A stretch of 64,000 bases of DNA from Rhodospirillales bacterium (GCA_023898805.1 CP060260.1:715512-779511), one strand, 5' to 3'. Positions 47,901 through 56,190 are shown, numbered from the stretch's first letter. Notes: generated from the sequence alone by a model not told the origin. Made by a program: numbers and translations.

Positions 47901-48035
47901 CAAAGCGCGCTTGACAGCGTCAAGGCCTGGGCCAGCGCCTTCAAGCACGAAGGCCACCTGACCGCCGCGCAGAAAGCCGCGATTCACGACGTGATGCGCA
48001 TGGGCGGCCACCGCCCGACCCTGCGTCATTCATAA
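41913..48035 (+). CDS. Giant orphan protein (2040 aa): helical repeats, basic coiled-coil region, C-terminal hydrophobic helices, His-rich tract
   Basis: GAGGA 6 nt upstream; uninterrupted GC3-rich frame. No signal peptide and no enzymatic motif recognised. Strong terminator directly after the stop. Confidence 0.8.
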   Translation: MNELTNPANFELAALLGDVERRKDMLPTGHDLRTAMDALESCLRKMIDANPNTNTDQDLDRATVQIKSDARTVLAVIDHQLSGLDSIAAGTLKSMVENAYTAFGISQRQNKPDDISRLMGIVRLIAEENIKPAASEVSAPQGEPDLLAVLKEALYAPNPTQPAAQPAAKGDALAELAALIAGKTAEPEPAIAAEPVQPELQAEPQAEPQPEPIDSFGAEGVRQYVLDELQSFGDNVRDAFEFIANRQPELYVSMARAFDAVGELAELDPELHRALYDRIPALIIDEADSNSNAYSPLLDSTYLDGVKGKIDEVGKTTWLKNNADASMTLKDLLAYGQAVYMLNAERSARLQAEQTPAEQTPAVEPEDFSYVSASYQTERLDIARNELFERLDTIQSGLVNDPHHKRIGQLVELGVDAGAFFSLLSPRDFNEALSRLKDAALEDHSDSTLVDIGKNRDVMRNVIQSIVRNPLEAINAADEKVLEQKGKDKKEADALLNKHLDLTGFASVFQNAVTAFSEFLKVQAENNAALNKARESLLAPLEKAVAGTAKKQGTPLDRDSSNMAASEILSRTALEPGAAEILTSIQTGLNYSVLRPWEWGAPRMAHAALQSLISTHIEMQVKWNRNKARVNARVDERKDSSGTSDAGYTLTDKLDLAASLGLIREEYAGPEQEALDQLTKLGAETLKSRPRILDAAPAASVAETAAPAAPVLAEASEAKTDIPTDFAEKPAAENQLRRLKAKVNATLESAAALIKQNPDTLITAAENLLNAAAYASLSRAIDRVNAIGDDARQAGENNDWTKGYVRMDILSALARDILADGRRTMTPKENDGVIKKIVENGDRAWLEANAQSMTLHDMLTFGNTTDDTGMAAFLEQGVARLVDEEHFNPKAAQDATDLPSFLNRADKPRDLRLAGANLVNSMIKFAKTTAQQSEDDLRAGGMTSQAAIETLLDKQGLRDFIHDIGISLSEDTTALDPYETAVLRRELSDAIGQKFAPVYYDREQAYSKAEAELDAARKTGADATDQKRSIDRIAELGGQSNALRKIFRDLETVMLAHAQNNVALTTKRSQIFTALETRFSNVSIKAGMPAGTGPNVARDLLNETFKRADAYEIMTGIEAELAGGIFSSRRSLRAMIKNSLEIQKLEDKANAPENSSVKRAELNGAADALFTEKLLPVLDRLAEKGGKIMQAQLKKAHSQRASKASAAKADTAPERIATAPTPVDAPVAAPAGPVPAFLLRQGTQAPTPGPRRRPKAPRRAARAIGREMLAAISEAEQREKLSARERGYAHKPAAKQPGKEPTTRPSVEQQAHESRARWADYAEKLANKTILIQTNAALKEAARKEKIAQKREAWKMARAQKVIESGIDAVNKQNAKEAKREKSAALRAQRKAAWSARFNGWKEWLGQTASALTMAQAAQPALAGGSPEFLPAYDAPYQAPVKGQRFNAVGIEGLGKGATQLAASTARGVALIAKTGTRWSLAATKAAYDRWPSIILGIGFGIYAAAPIKAAAAAMFAGTAIPVVTPVLTTAAPIIAAGALAALTTAQIQRRYTNLRAEWTQNQEAAPSWLKEQGLKIGATGLAIGETILNTGLHAAGRILWNGVAEAGDMLRLSGRNKSERIHARQHRDNRLREAIFDDNFVQAGIMLAKAAPLLAHGYRAQRAARAQAAEKGLNLRMSERLGTMVAAMKARDAVSTELMFGTMAAMFGAAVGMAGSSAYHHYLDTQTPTAAPVRAPDTTLRTPTTIIPADQTPQGQIPGSAAPVDAAAHNNNPAGGLDQVLPSTGAAAIMGQHQPLFIDGHSYIAQMQHGDTLVWNDGGGDRLRDVTFKQPHAPTKSHVAHNGGGRAHGAAHAHGKPAAHSTAHGARHAHAGTRAHTGTHAAPARPVGAPMDLGPYSQHTASGNPLERAVKGVGNGIGDAFKAADGFFSDKIGNPLRKLFDGAAHIGHHADTVVTPSAHTPLGKFNAAFGERIVHAGGWNRASLNAMLDQAGKGNQSALDSVKAWASAFKHEGHLTAAQKAAIHDVMRMGGHRPTLRHS

Positions 48036-48055
48036 ACATATGAATTGAACACGAT

Positions 48056-48084
48056 AAAAAGGCCCCCGCACGGGGGCCTTTTTT
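48056..48084. terminator. Bidirectional Rho-independent terminator between giant ORF and rne
   Basis: aaaaa-ggccccc-gcac-gggggcc-tttttt. Confidence 0.85.
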
Positions 48085-48119
48085 ATTCAGAGTTGGTCAA
48101 GGCTGGGTTGAGAGCGGGA

Positions 48120-50855
48120 TCAGCCCGTCAGTTTTTTCCACCAGCCTTTTTTCTTGTCGCCGCTGACCGCGTTCACGGTCTCGTAATCGCGCGGACGCGA
48201 TGCTTCTTCCGCAACCGGCGCGGCCGAAGACGCCCCGCGCGAATCATAGGAAACACGTGTTTCCGTGGCTTTCGGCGTATCGACCCGGTTGCCGATATTA
48301 TCGTCGACCGGCCTTGAATCGCCCTTGCGACCGTTACCCCGCGCACTGGATTTGTCGCCGCCGTTTCCACCGCGGCTGCGCCCGCGCCCGCCGCGCGTGC
48401 GGCGGCGCCCGCCTTCGGCACGGACCTGCGCCTCGGCCCCCATGACGTTGCCGTCGAACTCTCTTCCGTGTTCGTCGGTCAGGCGGTTGCCGATATTGTC
48501 GTCGCTTTCCGCGCCTGCGTCCTGCGCCCCGGCATTCTGCATTTCGGCGCCTTCACCGGCATCATTGCCCGGCGCGGCGCTTTCGCTCCCGTCCCGGTCA
48601 CGATTCCGGTTGCGTCCGCCGCGACGCCCGCGGCGACGGCGGCCGTTTTCACCGCGTTCGCTGTTTTCGCCCTCGCCGCGATCACGGCGTCCACGTGCCG
48701 GAGGCGCGTCGGCGACAATCGCGTCGTCCGCATCCGCCGTGTCGTCTTCGTCGTTCAGGTCCGGATCGACCGTGGCATCGATCGCCGCCATGCGTTCCGC
48801 CCGGCGCGAGCGCGCGATGTCGATGACAAATCCCTGATCGTCTTCGATCACCGGCACGATGCGGATCGTGACCGCGATATCGTACCGTTGTTCCAGCATC
48901 GCAAGGCTGGCGCGCTTGGCGTTAAACAGGAACAGCGCCACGGTTTCGGGCACGCTGACCTCGACCTCGCCCGCGCGGCCTTCCATGCCGGCTGTTTCAA
49001 CAGCGCGAAGAACGGCAAGCGCCAGCGCCTCGGTGGTGCGGACCAGCCCGGAACCCCGGCAATGCGGGCAGGTCTGGAAATGCGTTTCGGTAAGCGAGGG
49101 CCTGAGCCGCTGACGGCTGAGCTCCAAAAGCCCGAAGGTGGAAATCCGCCCGACCTGGACCCGCGCACGGTCGCCGGAGAGCGCATCGCGCATCCGTTTT
49201 TCGACCAGCGCGTTGTTGCGCCGCGATTCCATGTCGATGAAATCGATGACCACAAGCCCGCCAAGGTCGCGCAACCGCAATTGCCGCGCCACCTCCTCGG
49301 CCGCTTCAAGATTGGTCTTGAGCGCGGTTTCCTCGATATGCCGTTCACGCGTCGCGCGGCCCGAGTTGATGTCGATGGACACCAGCGCCTCGGTCGGATT
49401 GATGACGATATAACCGCCGGATTTGAGCGTCACGACATTGGAATGGATCGCGTCGATCTGCGGTTCCGCCCCGTACTTGATGAACAGCGGCACGCTGTCT
49501 TCGTAAGTACGGATGCGCCCGGCATGATCGGGCATCATCATGTCCATCATCTCGCGCGCGGTTTCGGCGCCCTGCGCGCCTTCGACCACGATTTCCGAGA
49601 TATCCTGACTGTACAGGTCGCGGATCGCGCGCTTGACCAGCGAGCCTTCCTCGTGGATCAGCGCCGGCGCGGTCGACTGCATGGTCGTTTCGCGCACCTT
49701 GTCCCACAGACGCATCAGGTAATCGAGATCGCGCCGGACTTCTTCACGCGGACGATCGACGCCCGCGGTACGCAGAATAACCGACATGCCATCCGGCACC
49801 TGCAGATCGTCGAGCATTTCACGCATTTTCTTGCGGTCGGCATGGCTGGCCACTTTGCGCGACACCCCGCCCGATTGCGGCGAGTTGGGCATCAGGACGC
49901 AGTACCGGCCCGGCATGGTGATATAGGTGGTGACCGCGGCGCCCTTGTTGCCACGCTCCTCCTTGACCACCTGGATCAGCATGATCTGGCCGCGCTTGAT
50001 GACTTCCTGAATCTTGTACGACCGGCGCATCCGCTTCCACAGCGGGGTCATGCCACCCTCGTCCTCTTCGCCGCCGTTTTCCCGCTCGACCAGTTTTTCC
50101 GGCCGACGCTCCAGCCCGCGGCTGCGTCCGCGACGCCCACGGCGTCCGCGGCGTCCGCGGCGTCCGTCACGCTCCTCGCCATCTTCCTGTGCCTGGGCGG
50201 CCTCGCCCGGTTCGGCGATGGTTTCGCCCTCGGCGGTAGCGTCGACATCGACGCCATCCGCTTGCGGCGCATCGTCGTTGACCGAACCGACCGCGCCCGC
50301 ATCGACCGAATGCGTTTCGTCGTCCTCGCCTGCGAAATCGTCTTCGTCCTCGGCGTCTTGCGCCAAATCTTCACCGGCGTCTTCCGCGGCATCGTCCTCT
50401 GCCACGACTTTTTCGACTTGTTCAAGCACCTCGGCCTCGATCGCGGCCAGCGCCTCGTCGCTCAGGTCTTCCTCGTCCTCCTCGGCTTCGGGCGCGCGCG
50501 CACGCGCCTCGGCAGCGGCGGCTTCGGCGGCTTCGCGCGCCTCGGCCTCCGCCTGCATGGCGCGGCGCAGTTCTTCCTGTTCGGCCAACAGGCGTTCGCG
50601 ATCCTCGACCGGAATGCGGTAATAATCGGGATGGATTTCGGCAAAGGGCAAAAACCCGTGGCGGTTGCCGCCGTAATTGACGAACGCCGCCTGCAGCGAC
50701 GGCTCGACGCGCGTCACCTTGGCCAGATAGATGTTCCCTTTAAGCTGTTTTTTGGAAACGCTTTCGATATCGAAATTTTCCAGACGTTTCCCGTCCATGA
50801 CGGCCACGCGGGTTTCTTCGCTCTGCGCGGCGTCGATGAGCATGATTTTAGGCAT
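48120..50855 (-). CDS. rne: Ribonuclease E
   Basis: N-terminal S1 domain plus catalytic core (MLIDAAQSEETRVAV, GNIYLAKVTRVEPSLQAAFVNYG, DINSGR, CPHCRGSG zinc link). Acidic and Arg-rich low-complexity insertions and tail. Confidence 0.95.
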   Translation of the reverse strand: MPKIMLIDAAQSEETRVAVMDGKRLENFDIESVSKKQLKGNIYLAKVTRVEPSLQAAFVNYGGNRHGFLPFAEIHPDYYRIPVEDRERLLAEQEELRRAMQAEAEAREAAEAAAAEARARAPEAEEDEEDLSDEALAAIEAEVLEQVEKVVAEDDAAEDAGEDLAQDAEDEDDFAGEDDETHSVDAGAVGSVNDDAPQADGVDVDATAEGETIAEPGEAAQAQEDGEERDGRRGRRGRRGRRGRSRGLERRPEKLVERENGGEEDEGGMTPLWKRMRRSYKIQEVIKRGQIMLIQVVKEERGNKGAAVTTYITMPGRYCVLMPNSPQSGGVSRKVASHADRKKMREMLDDLQVPDGMSVILRTAGVDRPREEVRRDLDYLMRLWDKVRETTMQSTAPALIHEEGSLVKRAIRDLYSQDISEIVVEGAQGAETAREMMDMMMPDHAGRIRTYEDSVPLFIKYGAEPQIDAIHSNVVTLKSGGYIVINPTEALVSIDINSGRATRERHIEETALKTNLEAAEEVARQLRLRDLGGLVVIDFIDMESRRNNALVEKRMRDALSGDRARVQVGRISTFGLLELSRQRLRPSLTETHFQTCPHCRGSGLVRTTEALALAVLRAVETAGMEGRAGEVEVSVPETVALFLFNAKRASLAMLEQRYDIAVTIRIVPVIEDDQGFVIDIARSRRAERMAAIDATVDPDLNDEDDTADADDAIVADAPPARGRRDRGEGENSERGENGRRRRGRRGGRNRNRDRDGSESAAPGNDAGEGAEMQNAGAQDAGAESDDNIGNRLTDEHGREFDGNVMGAEAQVRAEGGRRRTRGGRGRSRGGNGGDKSSARGNGRKGDSRPVDDNIGNRVDTPKATETRVSYDSRGASSAAPVAEEASRPRDYETVNAVSGDKKKGWWKKLTG

Positions 50856-51217
50856 ATGTATAAATCTCCATAGCGAGGCTACGGATCAGGCATCCGATTG
50901 CAATTCACGGCGCAAGCGACCAACACGGGGAATTACAAGGGGACGCTGCTCCGCGCCCGGCTGTAAGTCGTTGATCGTTCTTTCCAGTGGGATTACCGCT
51001 TTGCGTGGAAGCAGCGCCTATCGGCGCCAGCACGCATTGGGTCGATCCCCGGCGATCCGGTCCGTCCGCCCTTGAAGCCGGGGCGTGGCGAACCAATCCT
51101 TTAAAACCTTTTTTCCCGCCGTCCGGACCCGTTAAATATTGTCTTTCCCTTTGGGTCGTTGGATAAAGGGGGCCGGCGGCGTATCGCTTGAGCATGACCA
51201 TAGAACCAGTTTGCGGA

Positions 51218-52645
51218 ATGTACAATCGAAAATTCCTGAATTCTTTATTTATCGCTGTTTTTACAGGGTTTTTCGCGTTGTGCCTGCGTTCGGCGCCGGC
51301 CGCCGATACGCTGGACATGACGGCCATGCGTTTCGGCGCCCATGGCGCCAATGCGACAAGGGTGGTGATGGAGCTTAACCGCGAGGCGGATTTCCGTGCC
51401 ACCGTCATAACCGCCCCCCCCGAAGACAGGCCCGCCATCACGATCGATCTGCCGCTTCTGGGCGTGACCCCGACCATCGGCCGCACCGTCCTGCCCAAAT
51501 TGCTGCGCGACATCCGTATCGCCCCGCTGCCCGACGGCTACAGCCGCATCACACTGATCCTGAGCGCCCCCGCCACGATCCGCAGCGCCTTCCTGATCCC
51601 GGCGGCGGGCAAACAGGCCGCGCGGCTGGTCGTCGATCTGGGCGCGGCCACGCAAGCCGCCTTTGCCGCCGCGAAGGACCGCCCCTACGGCACCTTGCGG
51701 ATCAAGCCGGATACATCCGCCGACACCTTGGCTCTCGCCGCCCCGGCATCCGTTCCGGCAGGCGCGCTGCCCTTTGCTGCCCCCGGCGGCGCAAGGCTAG
51801 AACCAATCGGCAAGCCCGATACGCCCAAGATTGCCGCCCCCGAAATCGCCGTCCCCGAAATCGCCGTCCCCGAAATCGCCGGTGTAACGCCGCCACCCGA
51901 TCCGAAAAACCGCCCGCTGGTCATGATCGACGCGGGCCATGGCGGCGCGGACCCCGGCGCATCCGGTGCGGGCGTGCGCGAAAAGGACGTGACGCTGGCA
52001 ACGGCCAAGGCCCTGCGCACCCGGCTTGAAAAAACCGGCAAATACCGGGTCGAACTCACCCGCGAACGGGATCTTTTCATTCCACTGGCGCAACGGGTGA
52101 AAATCGCGCGCAACGCGGGTGCGGCGCTGTTCATATCGCTGCACGCCGATTCCGTACCGGAAAACGGGGATAAGATCTCCGGCACCTCGTTTTATACCCT
52201 CTCCCAAAAGGCGTCGGACGCCCAGACCGCCGCGCTGGCCACGCGCGAAAACAACGTCGATATTCTGGGCGGGGTCGATATCCCCTCGGACGACCGCGAC
52301 GTGGCGCAGATCCTGATCGACCTGACCTTCCGCGAAACCGCGGGCGCATCCCGCCGTTTTTCCGGCGATCTGGTCAAAAGTTTCGGACACGACGAAATGC
52401 CGTTGCTGTTTTCCCCGGACCGGCACGCGGGGTTTGTCGTCCTCAAGGCGCCCGACATCCCCTCGGCCCTGATCGAGCTTGGCTTCCTTTCCAACCCCGA
52501 CGAGGCGCACAAACTGGCCGACCCCGCATGGCGGGAAAAACTGGCCGGCGCGATCGCGGGAGGAATCGACGCATGGTTTACCGGACAGGGGTTTGCCGGA
52601 CAGGGGGGGCAACAGGACGTGGGAAGCGCCACCCCCCGTCCATAG
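51218..52645 (+). CDS. amiC: N-acetylmuramoyl-L-alanine amidase (AMIN + Amidase_3)
   Basis: Signal peptide from ATG 51218, AMIN-like domain, catalytic VMIDAGHGGADPGA and LFISLHADS. Confidence 0.9.
   Translation: MYNRKFLNSLFIAVFTGFFALCLRSAPAADTLDMTAMRFGAHGANATRVVMELNREADFRATVITAPPEDRPAITIDLPLLGVTPTIGRTVLPKLLRDIRIAPLPDGYSRITLILSAPATIRSAFLIPAAGKQAARLVVDLGAATQAAFAAAKDRPYGTLRIKPDTSADTLALAAPASVPAGALPFAAPGGARLEPIGKPDTPKIAAPEIAVPEIAVPEIAGVTPPPDPKNRPLVMIDAGHGGADPGASGAGVREKDVTLATAKALRTRLEKTGKYRVELTRERDLFIPLAQRVKIARNAGAALFISLHADSVPENGDKISGTSFYTLSQKASDAQTAALATRENNVDILGGVDIPSDDRDVAQILIDLTFRETAGASRRFSGDLVKSFGHDEMPLLFSPDRHAGFVVLKAPDIPSALIELGFLSNPDEAHKLADPAWREKLAGAIAGGIDAWFTGQGFAGQGGQQDVGSATPRP
51833..51877 (+). 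repeat. In-frame 15-bp tandem repeat (x3) in amiC linker
   Basis: gccg(c/t)ccccgaaatc repeated three times, encoding APEIAVPEIAVPEIA. Confidence 0.8.
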
Positions 52646-52853
52646 CCCCCGTCCATACCCCGGCAGACAGGCCAGCCCCGGCCCCACCCCCGGTTTTGTT
52701 GCTTTTTTGCATCACTTGTCCCCATTTATTTAAGCCGACTTCGGGCGGGGCCTTTACAAGCTTTAAGAGTGCGGTTAGGTTGTAGGCCGTTGTCCGGATT
52801 ATAAAAAGCCTGACAGTTCAAACGTTTGACACTTTAGACAAGAGGTAGTTCAC

Positions 52854-53042
52854 ATGAAAAAGTTCGTCGCGCTGATGGCCGTCGTCGCCACCGCCGGTCT
52901 GCTCGCTGCTTGCCAGCCGGGCAAACCGATCCAGTCCACCGCTTATGAAGGCCACATGACCTCGGCCGAAAAAAGCAGCATGAACACCAGCGCTGCCCCG
53001 ATGGCTGCCGATAAATCCGGCCGCACCTTCAAAGCCCAGTAA
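52854..53042 (+). CDS. Small lipoprotein (62 aa)
   Basis: MKKFVALMAVVATAGLLAAC has a lipobox. AGAGG upstream and a terminator downstream. Confidence 0.6.
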   Translation: MKKFVALMAVVATAGLLAACQPGKPIQSTAYEGHMTSAEKSSMNTSAAPMAADKSGRTFKAQ

Positions 53043-53068
53043 TCACAGGGCTTCAAGGCTTGAATACA

Positions 53069-53105
53069 ACCGCTGTCCGTGCGAACGGACGGCGGTTTTT
53101 CTTTT
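53069..53105 (+). terminator. Rho-independent terminator after small lipoprotein gene
   Basis: accgctgtccg-tgcgaa-cggacggcggt followed by a T-rich run. Confidence 0.75.
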
Positions 53106-53162
53106 ATCGCGCATAATATTTTCATCCCTTGAATTTTTGCCAAAATTTCCATCTCATTGCGC

Positions 53163-54125
53163 ATGACTGAAATTACCGCCCCGCGCACATTCGACCCCGC
53201 CAACGCACTGCAATTCGACGGCCTCACGAAAGTTTACAAAGGCGTGCGCGCCACACCCGAAAAACGTGCGCTTGATGCCGTCGACCTCGACATTCCGCGC
53301 GGATCGCTTTTCGCGCTGCTCGGCCCCAACGGCGCGGGCAAATCGACGCTGATCAACATTCTCGCGGGCCTTGTCACCAAAACCGCGGGCAAGGCCTGGG
53401 CATGGGGTTACGATCTCGATACCGATGCGCGTGCGGTGCGCTCGGCCATCGGCGTAGTGCCGCAGGAACTCAACTTCGATCCGTTCTTCACCCCGGCTCA
53501 AATCCTCGACATTCAAGCGGGGCTTTACGGCGTGCCGACACCCAGACGCCGCACCATGGAATTGCTCGACCTCGTCGGACTTGCCGACAAGGCCGATGCC
53601 TATACCCGCCAGCTATCGGGCGGGATGCGCCGCCGCCTGATGGTCGCCAAGGCAATGGTCCACAACCCGCCAATCCTGATTCTCGACGAACCCACCGCGG
53701 GCGTCGATATCGAACTGCGCCAGCAACTCTGGTCCAATGTCCGCGCGCTTAACCGCGCGGGTACGACCGTGATCCTGACCACGCATTATCTGGAGGAGGC
53801 CGAGGAGCTTTGCGACCGCGTCGCGATCATCAACAAGGGAAAAATCGTCGCCAACGATTTCAAGGAAAACCTGCTGGGCCGCATCGAAGGCAAGGACATC
53901 GCCTTCCGCGTCGACCGCGACGTCGCCGAAATTCCGCAAAGCCTTGCGCAATATAACGCCCGGGCCGAAGGGCGGCGCACCATCGCGATGACCTATTCGC
54001 CCAGGGATATCAGTGTCGGCGCCCTGTTCGACCTCGTGCGCGGCGCGGGCTTCGGAGTCGAGGACGTGACGACACGCAATTCAGACCTCGAGGACGTATT
54101 CCTCCAGCTCACCCGCGCGGCCTAG
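53163..54125 (+). CDS. ABC transporter ATP-binding protein (ABC-2/DrrA-type)
   Basis: Walker A GPNGAGKST, signature LSGGMRRRLMVAKAM, Walker B ILILDEPT. Start moved to ATG 53163. Confidence 0.9.
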   Translation: MTEITAPRTFDPANALQFDGLTKVYKGVRATPEKRALDAVDLDIPRGSLFALLGPNGAGKSTLINILAGLVTKTAGKAWAWGYDLDTDARAVRSAIGVVPQELNFDPFFTPAQILDIQAGLYGVPTPRRRTMELLDLVGLADKADAYTRQLSGGMRRRLMVAKAMVHNPPILILDEPTAGVDIELRQQLWSNVRALNRAGTTVILTTHYLEEAEELCDRVAIINKGKIVANDFKENLLGRIEGKDIAFRVDRDVAEIPQSLAQYNARAEGRRTIAMTYSPRDISVGALFDLVRGAGFGVEDVTTRNSDLEDVFLQLTRAA

Positions 54126-54594
54126 GAAATTTGCGCCTCATCGTTCGGATGGGCTACAACACCCGCATGGGAAATTCCGCGGACACCTGTTTAACACGAC
54201 ACTTTTACGAATCCGTATGCGGCGGCCGTGCCGTTTCCGGCGACATGCTGCGCACCGCTTCCGATCTGGCGCAACGCGAACCCATGCGGCTTGAAACCGC
54301 GCTCAGGATCGTCACCGGCCAGACCCGCCCGGCCTATGGCACACCGTACACCGTGACGAAACGGGCTCGCAGACCCACCTCGCCCGACGAATTCTGAAGG
54401 ATCGGGTCCGTCAATTTCCGCCTTGCCCTGCCCGGTAAAACCGTGCTTTTGTGAACATATGCACAGGCACCCTGCCCTGATCCTTCGACTTATGCACCCC
54501 TGAAACGACGACGTTTTAGGGGTCATCGCGCGCCACGCGCAACCAATCCAGCCATCAAAAGACAAACGAAGACTTTTTATAAGGACAGTGACCC

Positions 54595-56190
54595 ATGTCA
54601 TCCCTGATCGATGAAATCAAAAAGGACAACGCCCGTGTCGTGATTTTCGACACCACCCTGCGCGATGGCGAACAATCGCCCGGCTGCTCGATGAATCTGG
54701 ACGAAAAACTCAAAATGGCGGCGATCCTGGAATCGATGGGCGTGGATGTGATCGAGGCGGGTTTCCCCGTGGCAAGCCCCGGCGATTTCGAAGCGGTAAG
54801 CGAAATCGCCCGCAGATCCAAAAACAGCGTCATCGCCGGCCTGTGCCGCGCCGTGCAAAAGGACATCGACGCCGCGATCGAGGCGACGAAACCCGCCGCC
54901 CGCTCGCGCATCCACACCTTCATTTCCACCTCTCCGCTGCACATGAAATACAAGCTGCAGAAAGAACCGCACGAGGTGCTGGAAGCCATCGAATGGTCGG
55001 TCGCATACGCGCGCAAACATTGCGACGACATCGAATGGTCGGCCGAGGACGGATCGCGCACCGAACCCGATTTCCTGTGCCGCGCGGTCGAAACCGCGAT
55101 CGCTGCGGGCGCGACCACCATCAACATTCCGGACACGGTGGGATATGCCGTGCCCAGCGAATACGGCGCGCTCATAAAAATGCTGTTCGATCGCGTGCCC
55201 AACATCAACCGCGCCATCATCTCGGTGCACTGTCACAACGATCTGGGCCTTGCGGTCGCCAATTCGCTGGCCGGGGTCGAAGCGGGCGCGCGGCAGATCG
55301 AATGCACGATCAACGGAATCGGCGAACGCGCGGGCAACGCCGCGCTTGAGGAAGTGGTGATGGCCCTGCGCACGCGCGCCGACCGCATGCCCTTCACCAA
55401 CAAAATCGAAACCGCGCACATCACCAACGCCTCGCGCACACTTTCGGCGATCACCGGCATGCCGGTACAGCACAACAAGGCGATCGTGGGCGCCAACGCC
55501 TTCGCGCACGAATCCGGCATCCATCAAGACGGCATGCTCAAGAACGCCCAGACCTATGAAATCATGACCCCGGAATCCGTGGGCATGAGCCATTCCAATC
55601 TGGTGCTGGGCAAACATTCTGGACGGCACGCCTTCAAGAAAAAACTGGAAGGCCTCGGCTACGCCCTCTCGGACAAGGATCTCGACGACGCCTTCGCGCG
55701 CTTCAAGACGTTGGCCGACCGCAAGAAGGACGTGTTTGACGAGGATCTGGTGGCATTGGTCGACACCGAACTCGCCCACGCCGCCGACCGCATCCGGCTT
55801 GTGGCGATGGAGGTCTTTTCATCGACCGATGCGCCCCAGCGCGCAAAACTGACCCTGTCGGTCGACGGCGCGCAAAAAACCGCCGAACTCGAAGGCAACG
55901 GCGCGGTCGACGCCATCTTCAAGGCGATTGCGGCAATCGTTCCGCACGAAAAAGCGAAACTTTCCCTGTTCAACATCAGCGCTGTCACCGGCGGCACCGA
56001 CGCGCAGGCCGAAGTCACCGTGCGGCTGGAGGAAGACGGCAAAACCGTCAACGGTCAGGGCGCCGATACCGATACGCTGGTCGCTGCCGCCCGCGCCTAT
56101 GTCCACGCCCTTAACAAATTGATGGTCAAGCGCGCCCGGCAAAGGCCGGAAGATCAGGTCACGACCAAAAATCGCATCGCGTCGATCTGA
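54595..56190 (+). CDS. leuA: 2-isopropylmalate synthase
   Basis: FDTTLRDGEQSPG, HCHNDLGLAVAN, C-terminal LeuA regulatory domain. Confidence 0.95.
   Translation: MSSLIDEIKKDNARVVIFDTTLRDGEQSPGCSMNLDEKLKMAAILESMGVDVIEAGFPVASPGDFEAVSEIARRSKNSVIAGLCRAVQKDIDAAIEATKPAARSRIHTFISTSPLHMKYKLQKEPHEVLEAIEWSVAYARKHCDDIEWSAEDGSRTEPDFLCRAVETAIAAGATTINIPDTVGYAVPSEYGALIKMLFDRVPNINRAIISVHCHNDLGLAVANSLAGVEAGARQIECTINGIGERAGNAALEEVVMALRTRADRMPFTNKIETAHITNASRTLSAITGMPVQHNKAIVGANAFAHESGIHQDGMLKNAQTYEIMTPESVGMSHSNLVLGKHSGRHAFKKKLEGLGYALSDKDLDDAFARFKTLADRKKDVFDEDLVALVDTELAHAADRIRLVAMEVFSSTDAPQRAKLTLSVDGAQKTAELEGNGAVDAIFKAIAAIVPHEKAKLSLFNISAVTGGTDAQAEVTVRLEEDGKTVNGQGADTDTLVAAARAYVHALNKLMVKRARQRPEDQVTTKNRIASI

Noticed and set aside
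46614-48029. 471-aa ORF antisense to the C-terminus of the giant gene
   Set aside because: The plus-strand frame is continuous for 6.1 kb with an RBS and terminator. The antisense frame has no RBS, and its composition looks like a GC-driven artefact.
17439-48035. Link between the LapG-type peptidase and the 2040-aa protein as a LapA-like adhesin substrate
   Set aside because: The giant protein lacks an N-terminal retention module, RTX nonapeptide repeats and a T1SS C-terminal signal. It has internal hydrophobic helices instead. The genes are 24 kb apart.
48468-50873. 801-aa ORF antisense to rne
   Set aside because: RNase E is unambiguous on the minus strand, so this is a shadow frame.
51833-51877. 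Short direct repeats considered as a CRISPR-like or VNTR locus
   Set aside because: There are only three contiguous 15-bp units without spacers. They are in frame inside amiC, so this is a coding tandem repeat.
53128-53154. Sigma-32-like promoter CTTGAA-N15-CCATCT upstream of the ABC ATPase gene
   Set aside because: The -10 part does not match the alphaproteobacterial CYTATNT consensus, and there is no heat-shock context.
54131-54397. 88-aa plus-strand ORF after the ABC ATPase gene
   Set aside because: No RBS, only moderate codon bias and no motif. It is mentioned in a finding but not called as a feature.
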